Assembly: GCA_965200315.1 (NCBI GenBank)
Contig: OZ241362.1
Location: 4,800,001-4,864,000 of the forward strand
Direction of reading: 5' to 3'
DNA from: Candidatus Latescibacterota bacterium
GTDB taxonomy: Bacteria; Latescibacterota; UBA2968; UBA8231
Length of the DNA: 64,000 nt
The position numbers were made by a program, and so were the translations under genes. The stretch's first letter is position 1, and each line of letters begins with the position of its first letter. The notes beneath the pieces are model-generated. The model did not search any database, had not been told where the DNA came from, and saw nothing but the letters and a program-made list of their open reading frames with translations. Of the stretch, positions 1 through 9,334 are shown piece after piece.

Positions 1-2
1 AT

Positions 3-2432
3 ACCGACGCAACCAAGGACATCGTCCACTTCTTGCGCCTGCATCCGCCCGAAGACCTCGGGCGGGCGAAGGCAGCCGAGGAAATCGCGCTCGCGGATGC
101 GATAGAAGCGGGTTCCAACGCGCCCGGCGTGCTCCAAGTGCTCGACGGGGATTTGGCGACCTACTGGGAGCCTGAGCGGGTCGCAGATGCTGCGGAGTTG
201 GGTTCGCAGTGGTGGTTTACAATCGACTTAGGTCGGCTGGTCATTGCCAAGCGCATCGTACTCAAGTTCGTTGAGGAAAATTTAGGCGATCCCTTCCTGC
301 AGTACGATGTGCTTATTTCCGACGGCGAGGTGCCGGAGAAGTTCATCGCTTCGGAGGAGCCGGAGTTCGATGTGGTGTGGCGCACGTTGAAGCCGAACAA
401 GACCGAGCGATTGCTGGAAATTTCTCTCGGCGAGCAGGCCGAGGCCGAGGAGCAGGAACTATCGGATCAGCCGATCAATGCCCCGCCGACTTCGGCTATC
501 TCGGTGGCGCAGAAAGAGTTTTCTGGCACTGGCGTGCGCTTAGTGCAGGTGGTGGTGCGAGGGTCGGACTTTGAGCGCGGGTTTGAGGTCAGCCCAGAGG
601 AATACGAAGCGCTGCCCGCGGCCGAGCGGGGCGCGGTCGTCTATTACAAACTACAGCGCGACGGGCGGCTGACCGAGGTCGATGAGGCCGACTACGCGCA
701 GCTTGCCGCCGACCAGCAGGGCGGGATCGCCTACTACCGCTGGGAGCGGCCGCGGCTGGCCGAACTTGAGGTGTGGCACGAGGGCGACGACGCGATGATT
801 GCCGCCTTGGCTCGGGGCGGCGACGTCTTTGCCTCACAGGGGCTGCCGGTGGGGCGGACCATCGACGGCAACGTGCAGACCTACGTAGACCTGATCTTCT
901 CCTTCGACCGCCAGACCATTCCCGGCCCCGAAGGCCACCTGAGCTTTGATTTGGGTTCGACCTACTGGATCGACACCTTCCGCATTGCCTACGGCGGCCA
1001 AGCGATCCGCGACCGCTTCAGCTTTCCCTCCTACCGCCTTGACGCCTCAGACGGCGCGCTCAACGCCGACGGTAGCCTCAAGTGGACAACCGTGGCCAGT
1101 CGCCAGCAGTCGAGTACTCGCAAGGAATATGAGGGCCACGACTTTGCGCTGACCAAGACGCGCTTTTTCCGCCTAGTGTGGGAGCAAATCATCGTGCCCG
1201 TCGGCGGGCACCGGGGGTTTCCCGCTTCGGTGCAGCTCTACGGCCGGGGGTTCCAGCCCGAGGTCTGGCTTGAGTCGGGCTTGGTGCGGCTGGGCGGGCG
1301 GCGGAATCTGTTGTCGATAGAGTGGGACGCGGATACGCCGCCGGGCACTAGTGTGCTGGTGCAGACGCGCACGGGCAATACGTTGAGCGAGGTGCTGCAC
1401 TATTTCAAGAAGGACGGCACGGAGATTTCCGAGAAGGAATACAACAACCCGACGCTGTTGGACATCTTCAAGGGGCCGATTGTTGCCGAGGAGGTGGAAG
1501 GGGACGACTGGAGCGGCTGGAGCCAGCCCTACGAGGACCCTGCGGGTAGCGCGATTGCTTCGCCTAGTCCGCGCGAGTTCCTCAAGGTGCGGGCGACCCT
1601 GCTGTCTGAGGCCCCAGACATCAGGGCTGAGCTGCGTGCGATCCGCCTCAATTTTACCAGTCCGGTGGCCCAAGGGCTGACGGGCGAGATTGCGCCGTTT
1701 AGGGTCGATTCGCTGGGCGTGGAGCGTCCCTTTTCCCTGTACGTGCGGCCGCAATTCGACCGCCGCGATCCTGGCTTCGATCAGTTGTTGCTGGTCGCGC
1801 CAGCGGATATGACGCTTGGTTTTGCCGGGCTGTACGCGGACCAGCGCACGGTGGAGGGCGTTGAGGTCATGCCCACGGGCGCGGACAGCTTGCGGCTAGC
1901 CTTTGCCGAGCTCCGGCCTGAGGTCGTGCGCCTCGATTTTCGCACCGCGCTTTTTGGCATGGGGGCGGTGCTGCGTGCGTCCTTACAGCACAGTGCCGAG
2001 GGCGAGGGCACTTGGCAGCGGGTGGATCCGGGCAACGCGCTCGACGAGGTGGTGGGCAATACGACGACGCTGGTGGGCGATCCGACGCGCGGGGAGCTGC
2101 TAAGCGACGTGGTGGTGCGCCCTCCGGCGTTTACGCCCAATGGCGACGGCGTCCATGATCATGCGGTTTTTGCCTGCAAGGTTGTGCGCTTGGACGACGA
2201 TGGCCCGTTGGAAGTGGCCATCTACGATCTGAGCGGCCGGCTGATGCGCCTGCTCGCCGAGCAACGATCGACGAGCACGGGCCAGTACGAGATTGCTTGG
2301 GACGGCACGGACGAGCAGGGGATGCGCGTTCCGCCGGGCGTCTATTGCGCGTTACTTAGGGTGGCGGTTGACGCCGGAGGATTGAGCGCGGCACGGACCA
2401 AGGTGTTGCGCACGGTGGCAGTGGCTTATTGA
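3..2432 (+). CDS. Secreted discoidin-like + FlgD-Ig domain protein, 5'-truncated by the window edge; paralog of 40383-42449 and 47893-49944
   Basis: The frame is open from base 3. It has discoidin-like 'LDGDLATYW...TIDLGR' and 'FDLGSTYWID' segments, 'WDADTPPGTSVLVQTRTG...WSGWS', and a C-terminal 'PPAFTPNGDGVHD...IYDLSGRLMR...WDGTDEQG...PGVY...VAVAY'. Confidence 0.8.
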   Translation, partial: TDATKDIVHFLRLHPPEDLGRAKAAEEIALADAIEAGSNAPGVLQVLDGDLATYWEPERVADAAELGSQWWFTIDLGRLVIAKRIVLKFVEENLGDPFLQYDVLISDGEVPEKFIASEEPEFDVVWRTLKPNKTERLLEISLGEQAEAEEQELSDQPINAPPTSAISVAQKEFSGTGVRLVQVVVRGSDFERGFEVSPEEYEALPAAERGAVVYYKLQRDGRLTEVDEADYAQLAADQQGGIAYYRWERPRLAELEVWHEGDDAMIAALARGGDVFASQGLPVGRTIDGNVQTYVDLIFSFDRQTIPGPEGHLSFDLGSTYWIDTFRIAYGGQAIRDRFSFPSYRLDASDGALNADGSLKWTTVASRQQSSTRKEYEGHDFALTKTRFFRLVWEQIIVPVGGHRGFPASVQLYGRGFQPEVWLESGLVRLGGRRNLLSIEWDADTPPGTSVLVQTRTGNTLSEVLHYFKKDGTEISEKEYNNPTLLDIFKGPIVAEEVEGDDWSGWSQPYEDPAGSAIASPSPREFLKVRATLLSEAPDIRAELRAIRLNFTSPVAQGLTGEIAPFRVDSLGVERPFSLYVRPQFDRRDPGFDQLLLVAPADMTLGFAGLYADQRTVEGVEVMPTGADSLRLAFAELRPEVVRLDFRTALFGMGAVLRASLQHSAEGEGTWQRVDPGNALDEVVGNTTTLVGDPTRGELLSDVVVRPPAFTPNGDGVHDHAVFACKVVRLDDDGPLEVAIYDLSGRLMRLLAEQRSTSTGQYEIAWDGTDEQGMRVPPGVYCALLRVAVDAGGLSAARTKVLRTVAVAY

Positions 2433-3295
2433 AGGCATGACCATGCACTGCTTAACATCCGGCAAGTGCAATTAGTGCCTTCTGGAGTAAAGATAACATT
2501 CTGCCAACAGAAGTCTGCGATAATATGGGATACCGGTAACTTCAACACTGCTGATGACCGACGACAAAAATGGCTGAACGACAAGGCAGCTCGACCGTCC
2601 TGCAATGTGGCTGGCCAAGAGGCGGAACGCTATTCCGCTTCCAAGACTTCCGGCTCTAGTTGATACCAGAACACCTCGCCGGATTCCAAGTCCGGCTCCT
2701 CAAACGGCTCAAAGCCCCTAAGCTCGAGGGCGTCTCGCCCGCGCAAAACGCTTAACGCCAAGGCCACGGGCCCGCTCACACCAAGCAATCCAATGGGGGT
2801 TTTCAGACGGCTTCTAAGCGGGCTGTTTTCGCTTGCATTCGAGCAGATAAGTGAATGTTCGCTAACGGGAGGAATTTTCAAGGCATTGGGAGCTTGTTCT
2901 GCGCTGCCCCTTCGTGTGGAGGCGAGGACGGCAGGCGATTGATGGGCGTCGACTTGACATTTGACATAAGTGATTAATGGCGACACTCTAATCCGAGTTC
3001 ACTTGGGAAGATGATCACAGCGACATTAAATGTGCTTTGAAAGGTAATCCTGATGCTGCGGACAGTGAGAGCTTCATATCCGATCTGCATCGCATTTCCG
3101 GAGTGATAGTGGTGGGAAATGCATGCCTGGGAGCAGCGAGAAGGGCACCGATCAAACTGTTCAGAAACGGGAACAAGGAGATACCTAATTTTTTGCCTTT
3201 TCTCGGAGAAGAGCAGACATTAGGAAACCTGCTTTGATGACCCGAGCGATCGAAGCGAATTGGCAAGGGTCCCAAGATGTGAAAGGAGCCGTAAT

Positions 3296-3760
3296 ATGAC
3301 ACGGGAAAAGACGCGCAAAGACGATGCAAAACGTCTTTCCAAGGCGTTTCCTGATTCCTTAGTTGGTCTTAAACAAATCGCTGAAGATGCAATGAAAGAG
3401 GACTTACCGGTCCAACTCGCCAATGCCCTACGCGACCTTGACGAGTTAAACGACGAAGCGGCTGAAGAAGGAATTGAGCCACCTTCCGAATCGGCTATTG
3501 CCAATGCAAATCGTCTGCTGAGAGCGATATATGACATATTACCACGTCAATATCTGGTAGAGCTCCTACCGGAGGGGATTATTGCCATCACGGTGCCCGG
3601 TGGGTTTCGGCGTTCAGTTATGTTGCTGTGCGAATCCGACAGCGGTGCCCTGTGCTCAGTCAACATGAGCGGCAAACATCGACGCAAACGGTATGCACAC
3701 GCAGACCAACTACCGGATAGATTTCTGAGCGAAGCCTTGAGTGAACTGGGACGGGGGTAG
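3296..3760 (+). CDS. Hypothetical protein, possible antitoxin/partner of the downstream ART-like gene
   Basis: AAAGGAG RBS at 3282-3288 before ATG 3296; 154 aa; 5 bp from the next gene. Confidence 0.6.
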   Translation: MTREKTRKDDAKRLSKAFPDSLVGLKQIAEDAMKEDLPVQLANALRDLDELNDEAAEEGIEPPSESAIANANRLLRAIYDILPRQYLVELLPEGIIAITVPGGFRRSVMLLCESDSGALCSVNMSGKHRRKRYAHADQLPDRFLSEALSELGRG

Positions 3761-3765
3761 AATAG

Positions 3766-4215
3766 TTGGACCGAATAAGCCTCCCTCGGAGTATTTCCTC
3801 GGACGAGACTTTGGGGCGGGGCGTATTTTCAAGCAAACAGGCACGTCAAGCTACAAACGGAACCGTGCCCCGCCGTGTATTTCTTGAACGGCATGGGGAA
3901 GTGAGTATCTCCGTTGACCGGCTTGATTTTGCGGAACCTGAAGAGATGGCGACACTTGGCGACAAAGTAGCAGTTGGCCGCAGTGTAGATCGTACGGTCT
4001 CATTTTATGGCTGGGCCGTCATTGCCGCGGAAGATGCCGGAAGCGATGAGCGGCAAGTGGTTGCCACTCCACAACCCGATAATCCATACCATACAGACAT
4101 TATCCTGCCCGACTCCACGGCGGAGGAGCGCGACGAACAAATTCGTCACGCCCAAGAGTTGGCGGATGCGTCCCGCTGGCGTGAACGCCCGGACTCCACG
4201 AAAATTGGCGAATGA
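3766..4215 (+). CDS. Hypothetical protein with ADP-ribosyltransferase (Tse2/CmdT-like) motif pattern
   Basis: TTG start; motifs 'LGRGVF' (R), 'SISVDR' (SxS) and 'PDNPYHTDI'. The fold assignment is inference. Confidence 0.5.
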   Translation: MDRISLPRSISSDETLGRGVFSSKQARQATNGTVPRRVFLERHGEVSISVDRLDFAEPEEMATLGDKVAVGRSVDRTVSFYGWAVIAAEDAGSDERQVVATPQPDNPYHTDIILPDSTAEERDEQIRHAQELADASRWRERPDSTKIGE

Positions 4216-4241
4216 ATCTTTTTATGGAGAAAGAAACAGCG

Positions 4242-4271
4242 ATGAGTAATAAACCTAATATTCTTTTTTTT
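4242..4271 (+). pseudogene. Orphaned 5' end (MSNKPNILF) of the sulfatase interrupted by the IS1595 transposon
   Basis: GGAGA RBS at 4226-4230 and ATG at 4242. Joining to the sequence after 7866 gives the canonical sulfatase start MSNKPNILFLMADQMQ. Confidence 0.85.
4261..4270 (+). repeat. Target-site duplication (TTCTTTTTTT), second copy at 7867-7876
   Basis: The direct repeat flanks both TIRs. There is one extra T at 4271, so the exact TSD length within the poly-T is ambiguous. Confidence 0.7.
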
Positions 4272-4295
4272 CGGAATTTCCTAATTTAAGGTCTT
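4272..4295 (+). repeat. Left terminal inverted repeat CGGAATTTCCTAATTTAAGGTCTT
   Basis: Matches the reverse complement of 7843-7866 (CGGAATTTCCTACTTTAAGGTCTT) at 23/24 positions. Confidence 0.9.
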
Positions 4296-4322
4296 GACTT
4301 TCCATTTTGCAACCCCTATTTT
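4294..4322 (+). promoter_or_regulatory. Sigma70-like promoter for the methyltransferase
   Basis: TTGACT-17 bp-TATTTT, followed by an AAAGGA RBS and ATG 4359. Confidence 0.55.
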
Positions 4323-4358
4323 ACGGGCTATCCGCTACGGCTAAACGAAAGGAAAATA

Positions 4359-5177
4359 ATGAAGTCCGACTGGATGAATGACGTTCATATCGGAAACTGC
4401 CTTGATGTTATGCAGGATTTCCCAGACGAAAGCATTGATCTTATCGTAACTTCTCCGCCCTATGCCGACGCGAGAAAACACACCTATGGAGGCGTCCACC
4501 CCGATCTCTATGTCGAATGGTTTCTTCCGATAGGAGAGCAGATGCTACGAGTGCTAAAGCCATCGGGTTCCTTTGTGCTGAACATCAAAGAAAGGGCCGC
4601 CAATGGAGAAAGACACCTCTACGTCTTAGACCTGATAAGTGCGCTCAAAAGAGAAGTCGGTTTCAGGTGGGTCGAGGAGTATATCTGGCACAAGACGACA
4701 TCGGCACCCGGCAAGTGGAAGTATCGGTTTCGAGATGGATGGGAAAGACTTTTGCATTTTTCCAAGACCAACGAGTTCAAAATGAACCAAGAAAACGTCA
4801 TGGTGCCAGCCGGAGAATGGACAAAAGCTCGACTAAAGAACATGGGTGAAAGAGATTACACACGTAATAATTCTGCGACCAAATCAGGGATTGGTCGCAA
4901 CATCTCCGCTTGGTCTGGTCGAGAAAAGGTGTATCCTAGCAACGTCCTACACAAAGCACCCGTCTGCCATAATACCGGTCATTCTGCGGCCTTTCCCGAA
5001 TGGCTACCAACCTTTTTTATCGAACTATTCACGGATCCCGGTGATGTTGTCCTAGATCCCTTTCTTGGATCAGGAACAACTTTTAGAGTTGCCCTGAAGC
5101 TCAATCGCACCCCTGTCGGCATTGAGCTAGAAGCCGAAAACGTAAAGGATACTGCATATGCTCCCTTGGGTTTCTGA
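4359..5177 (+). CDS. Site-specific DNA methyltransferase, beta class (N4-C/N6-A)
   Basis: Motif IV 'TSPPY' near the N-terminus, 'HSAAFP', and motif I 'VLDPFLGSGTT' near the C-terminus. Confidence 0.93.
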   Translation: MKSDWMNDVHIGNCLDVMQDFPDESIDLIVTSPPYADARKHTYGGVHPDLYVEWFLPIGEQMLRVLKPSGSFVLNIKERAANGERHLYVLDLISALKREVGFRWVEEYIWHKTTSAPGKWKYRFRDGWERLLHFSKTNEFKMNQENVMVPAGEWTKARLKNMGERDYTRNNSATKSGIGRNISAWSGREKVYPSNVLHKAPVCHNTGHSAAFPEWLPTFFIELFTDPGDVVLDPFLGSGTTFRVALKLNRTPVGIELEAENVKDTAYAPLGF

Positions 5178-5793
5178 GGCTGACTTTGAGCGAGAACTTG
5201 AACGGCTGAAAACAAGCTACAAAGACGCACTCAATAAGGCGGAGGAGAGAAGAAAAAGGAATGTCGTTGATCCGTTTTCAAGTCTTATGATTGCAGAAAC
5301 ATTCGGAATGACGACAGCCGAAGAATTGAGCTTCTCACAAGACACTGAATCTGCCACGCGAGGATCGAGCAATGCAATAGGCCACTTTCACCAAGGGATA
5401 CTAGGGTCCGTAGCAGGGTGGGAAAACTATAATCGTGGCTATGATTTGAGGTCTGAAAAACAAAAGATGATTGTTGAGCTAAAGAATAAGCACAACACCT
5501 TGAATGATAACGACAAAAAAGGCACTATACGAAAACTGTCTAGCTCAATTAGCAGAGAACCGACTGACTGGACAGCCGCCCTTGTCTTAATCATTCCCAA
5601 AACGCCCATACGATACCAAACAACCATCGCACACAGAGTTATTGAGATGGAAGGCGCGAGCTTCTATCACTTAGTCACTGGACATCGTAATGCCATTCAC
5701 CAACTCTTTGAACATCTATCCAATAGATTATCTCCCTCCGATGAAATCAGACGATATTGCAAGGCTATTTTAGACCATTCATTGCCACCATGA
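5158..5793 (+). CDS. Eco47II-family type II restriction endonuclease
   Basis: 'VVDPFS', 'NAIGHFHQGILG', 'YDL...IVELKNKHNTLN' and 'GASFYHLVTG...A..QL' are typical of RE_Eco47II; overlaps the MTase. Confidence 0.8.
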   Translation: MLPWVSEADFERELERLKTSYKDALNKAEERRKRNVVDPFSSLMIAETFGMTTAEELSFSQDTESATRGSSNAIGHFHQGILGSVAGWENYNRGYDLRSEKQKMIVELKNKHNTLNDNDKKGTIRKLSSSISREPTDWTAALVLIIPKTPIRYQTTIAHRVIEMEGASFYHLVTGHRNAIHQLFEHLSNRLSPSDEIRRYCKAILDHSLPP

Positions 5794-5999
5794 AAAGTAG
5801 AGACAGGCGAAATAGGAGCCGCAGACAATGCGGAAACATCAGGGAAAACGGAAAGAGATGTGGAAATAGAACATCAAACTTTGAAGATGCCCTATATTGC
5901 CCGCGCTGTGATATAGCATTGATGCAAAAAGATCATCCTTTATTAGACGCCTTTGAATCCATTTTAGACAGCGAATCTTCTCGTTACTCAATCCTCTAA
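5790..5999 (+). CDS. Small Cys-rich (putative zinc-finger) protein
   Basis: ATGA overlap with the REase stop; C-x9-C-x12-CPRC; 69 aa. Confidence 0.45.
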   Translation: MKSRDRRNRSRRQCGNIRENGKRCGNRTSNFEDALYCPRCDIALMQKDHPLLDAFESILDSESSRYSIL

Positions 6000-6893
6000 C
6001 AATAACTCAAGTTGCTGCTCGCCCTTTGGAAGTGCTCGATTCAGATTACGCATAAAGATGTTCCAGTTAGACGATGCCTTCATCAAGGCAGCAACGGCGG
6101 CCAGATGCTCTTTGAGCTTGGGGTGGCCCAGATCGGGTGTGAACCACTGGTGGTGCGTGTTGCGGCGACCCTTGCCGCTGGGGAGCGTAGGATTGACACG
6201 CCGCAGCTCGTCGAGGACGCCCGGCGCTAGGCGACTGTACACAATGTCATTGGTGTAATGGCCTATTACGGACGGCCGCGCAACACCATTGGGGCCGGGC
6301 CAGCCCTTGAGGCGAAATATCTGATTGTAGAACTCGTAGGGAAATGTCTTGGTCCAAGGTTGAAACTCTTTGGCGATGAACTTCTCAAGAATGGTTGCAA
6401 GGGCGCGTTCTTCGCGTATGCGCTGGTAGCCCGTCGCCTCGTCCACAAGGGCAATTACGCCCACTGTGGCAAGGCTACGCATAAGTATCTCGGCCTGAAC
6501 TGCGACATGAGCTTGATTAGGTAGCAGCATATTAGCATCGCGGGCTTTGAGATACACTTCACAAACTTGGGGCAGTAGAATCGCATCATATCCAAGCGCA
6601 ATTCTTCCTCCTGTTGGGAGTCTAAATCTAACCGGAGTTAGCGACTTGCTTAAAGTATTGGAAATGAATGGTTTAAGGCGTTCAGAGCGCAAAAAAGCGG
6701 GCAAGTCTGCGACTTGCTGCTCTGCTCCGGGGCCTGTAGGCTTGGGAGAACGCCCTAGTGCCTCTGAAAATCCTGCTTGAGTAAGAACGCGCGTTTCATC
6801 TTCCAGCACATAGCAAGGTATTTCAACTTCGCCGATTACCAAAGGTCGATCTGGTGCTCCGGCGATTACTTTCAGCGGTTCCTGTTTGCTCAT
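5988..6893 (-). CDS. P63C domain protein (phage Mx8 p63 C-terminal type)
   Basis: 'IPCYVLEDETRVLTQ', 'ALVDEATGYQ', 'PWTKTFP.EFY.QIFRLKGW', 'YSRLAPGVL.EL', 'HHQWFT.D.GHPKL.EHL'. Confidence 0.88.
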   Translation of the reverse strand: MSKQEPLKVIAGAPDRPLVIGEVEIPCYVLEDETRVLTQAGFSEALGRSPKPTGPGAEQQVADLPAFLRSERLKPFISNTLSKSLTPVRFRLPTGGRIALGYDAILLPQVCEVYLKARDANMLLPNQAHVAVQAEILMRSLATVGVIALVDEATGYQRIREERALATILEKFIAKEFQPWTKTFPYEFYNQIFRLKGWPGPNGVARPSVIGHYTNDIVYSRLAPGVLDELRRVNPTLPSGKGRRNTHHQWFTPDLGHPKLKEHLAAVAALMKASSNWNIFMRNLNRALPKGEQQLELLLED

Positions 6894-6895
6894 CT

Positions 6896-7777
6896 TTACA
6901 CTCCCAATGCTCGATTGATCGTGAGGTTAAAAGCGAACTCAGGCGTTGCTCTGCGGAGGTTGTAGCGATAGCAAAACTCATCGACGTAGCGTTGTAGGTG
7001 TCGCCTCGATACACTGTGGAACTGGCCGAACATGCCACGCTTGAGCAGTGCCCAAAAACTCTCGATGGTGTTGGTGTGAACATCGCCGTCCACGTACCAA
7101 TCAGAATGGCGGATCACCGAATGAGGGAGCACCTTAGACATACCCATGTAGGCTTTGTACTCGTCGGTGTAGAGGCTCGATTCCTCGGTGTTGACGTGCT
7201 GGCGGACGAAAGCCCGCATATTGCGACCCTTCATGTTCTTCTTATCGACGGCTTTGGCCGCGACCGAGCCTTCACGCTCAACGGCTCCAATGACAGGGGC
7301 TTTCTTTGTGCCGCGACCGGGCTTATGCTTGCCATCTTTCCCATCGCCCTTAGTGCCTTTGCGGGGCTTACCTCCGATATAGGTTTCATCCATCTCGACG
7401 ATACCTTGCAAGATGTTGCGATGCTCGACTTGGTTCATCGCTTTACGAATTTGCATGTTCATTCGCCAAGCCGTGTTCTTGTTCACTTTTAGATCGCGGG
7501 AAAGTTGGAGCGCAGAGATTCCCTTCTTGGCATTAATCATCAGCATAATTGCCAAGAACCACTTTTGTAGGGGTAAATGAGTATGGTGAAAGATGGTGCC
7601 GACCGTTACACTAAACGAGGTTTTACAGTTGTAGCAACGGTGGCGATGTTCTGCGGGGGCCGTGCGCTCGCTCTGGCAATAGGGGCAAACAACCGTATCG
7701 CCCCAACGCACTTTTTCGAGATACTTGATGCAGGATTCTTGAGTAGGGAACTGCTCGAAAACTTCTAAGATGTTCAT
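6896..7777 (-). CDS. IS1595 family (ISXO2-like) DDE transposase
   Basis: Zinc ribbon CPYC...CYNC, 'EMDETYIGG', 'YTDEYKAY', 'HTNTIESFWALLKRG', 'HLQRYVDEFCYRYN'; AGGAG RBS before ATG 7777. Confidence 0.95.
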   Translation of the reverse strand: MNILEVFEQFPTQESCIKYLEKVRWGDTVVCPYCQSERTAPAEHRHRCYNCKTSFSVTVGTIFHHTHLPLQKWFLAIMLMINAKKGISALQLSRDLKVNKNTAWRMNMQIRKAMNQVEHRNILQGIVEMDETYIGGKPRKGTKGDGKDGKHKPGRGTKKAPVIGAVEREGSVAAKAVDKKNMKGRNMRAFVRQHVNTEESSLYTDEYKAYMGMSKVLPHSVIRHSDWYVDGDVHTNTIESFWALLKRGMFGQFHSVSRRHLQRYVDEFCYRYNLRRATPEFAFNLTINRALGV

Positions 7778-7806
7778 GGCATCTTCTCCTATCATTAACT
7801 ACATAG

Positions 7807-7835
7807 AAGATACCAAAAACAGGCAAAGAAGTCAA
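7807..7835 (-). promoter_or_regulatory. Sigma70-like promoter for the transposase
   Basis: TTGACT-17 bp-TATCTT on the minus strand just inside the right TIR. Confidence 0.55.
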
Positions 7836-7842
7836 GAACTAA

Positions 7843-7866
7843 AAGACCTTAAAGTAGGAAATTCCG
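7843..7866 (-). repeat. Right terminal inverted repeat
   Basis: AAGACCTTAAAGTAGGAAATTCCG, the inverted copy of 4272-4295. Confidence 0.9.
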
Positions 7867-9296
7867 TTCTTTTTTTGATGGCCGACCAAATGCAGGCCCG
7901 CGTGCTCGATCTCGATCACGTCTGTCAAACTCCGCACTTGGATCGGCTGGCCGGGGAGGGTGTGCGTTTTACCCGCGCCTATACGCCGAATAATATCTGC
8001 TCGCCGACCCGGGCGAGCCTGATGACCGGGCTGATGCCGCACAACCACGGGGTGTTAGAGGTGCTTTATCCCAAGGTGCCGGATTTACATGCGCTGCGCA
8101 CCGATAAGGTACATTGGGCCGAGCGCATGGTAGATGCTGGTTATCGCACGGGATATTTCGGCAAGTGGCACATTGAGCGCGATAATGCGCTGGGCCGTTT
8201 CGGCTGGCAAGGCAACGGAGTCAGAGGCGGCGCACTCCACAATGAGTTGGTCGCCGAGGTGCTGGGCGATAAGCCGCTGCGGCCGGAGTGCGATCCAGCG
8301 CATTATCTCGAAGCGCCGCACGGCTATGGGCCTCATCTGCTCTATGGGGTGACCGATCGGCCAGCGGAAGAGCGCGGCATGGGGCTGACGACGACGCTGG
8401 CGCTGCGCTATTTAGAGGAAGTGGTACCAGGCGACGATCCGTGGTGTGCTTTCGTCAGCTTTGAGGAGCCGCACGATCCCTTTATTGCCGGTCGCCAATG
8501 GTACGAACACTATGCGGATCAAGAGCTGCCACCGCCGCCCAATGCCGATGATGATCTGGCGGACCGGCCGGGGCTTTATCGGCGGGCGCAGGGCATTTGG
8601 CGTCAGCTCAACGAGGAGCACAAGCGCGCGGCGCGGGCGTGTTATTTTGGGTCGATTAGCGAAATAGATGCCCAGTTTGGGCGGGTGATCGGCTTTCTCA
8701 AAGCGACGGGCAACCTCGACAATACAATCGTTGTAATGTGCGCTGACCACGGAGATTTGTTGGGAGCGCACGGTCTGTTCTTCAAGGATATTTCCGCTTT
8801 TGAAGAAGTGTATCAGGTGCCGCTTATTGTGAGTGGGCCTCGGGTTGCAAAGGGCGCTGTTTGCGAGGGCCGAGTTGGCTTGCACGATCTGTGCCCGACG
8901 TTGTTGGAACTGGCCGACTGCGAGCCTATTGATGGGGCCGATTCCCGCTCTTTTGTCGAGCTGTTGCGCGAACCAGCACAGGTCGCCGACGAATGGACCC
9001 GGGGTTATGCCGAATACTTCGGCAACCGCCACCGGCTGACGCAGCGGGTAGTGTGGGATGGGCCGTGGAAGTTTGTGTTTAACGGCTTTGATTTTGACGA
9101 GTTGTACCAGCTCGACGCAGACCCCTATGAAATGAAGAATCTGGCGCACGATCCGGCCTATGACGAGCAGGTCGAGAAAATGACGCGGCTCTATTGGCGC
9201 TATGCTCGCGATACCGGCGACACGCCGCTTTTTGAAACGCTCTATCCGGCGCTGCGTTTGGGTGCGGTGGGGCCGTTGGCGGCCGATGAAAATTAG
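7867..9296 (+). pseudogene. Sulfatase (Cys-type), separated from its native start by the transposon
   Basis: 'LFLMADQ', 'CSPTRASLMTG', 'GYFGKWH', 'PHDP', 'ADHGD' and 'ELYQLDADPYEMKNLA'; the native start is at 4242. Confidence 0.85.
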
Positions 9297-9334
9297 GACT
9301 GAGGCGAGACCTCACAAAAATAGAGGAGCTATCG

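Larger units (their letters stand above)
4272..7866. mobile_element. IS1595-family transposon carrying passenger genes (type II RM, small Cys-rich ORF, P63C)
   Basis: 24-bp terminal inverted repeats with 1 mismatch, flanking TTCTTTTTTT direct repeat, IS1595 transposase, visibly AT-richer than the flanks, and interruption of a host gene. Confidence 0.9.

Noticed and set aside
2466-3329. Short ORFs 2466-2663, 2630-2986, 3015-3329 and 3037-3237
   Set aside because: No RBS, motif or family resemblance; probably non-coding or decayed DNA.
7770-9296. 508-aa ORF as an intact native sulfatase
   Set aside because: Its first ~32 codons come from the transposon end; the native start is at 4242.
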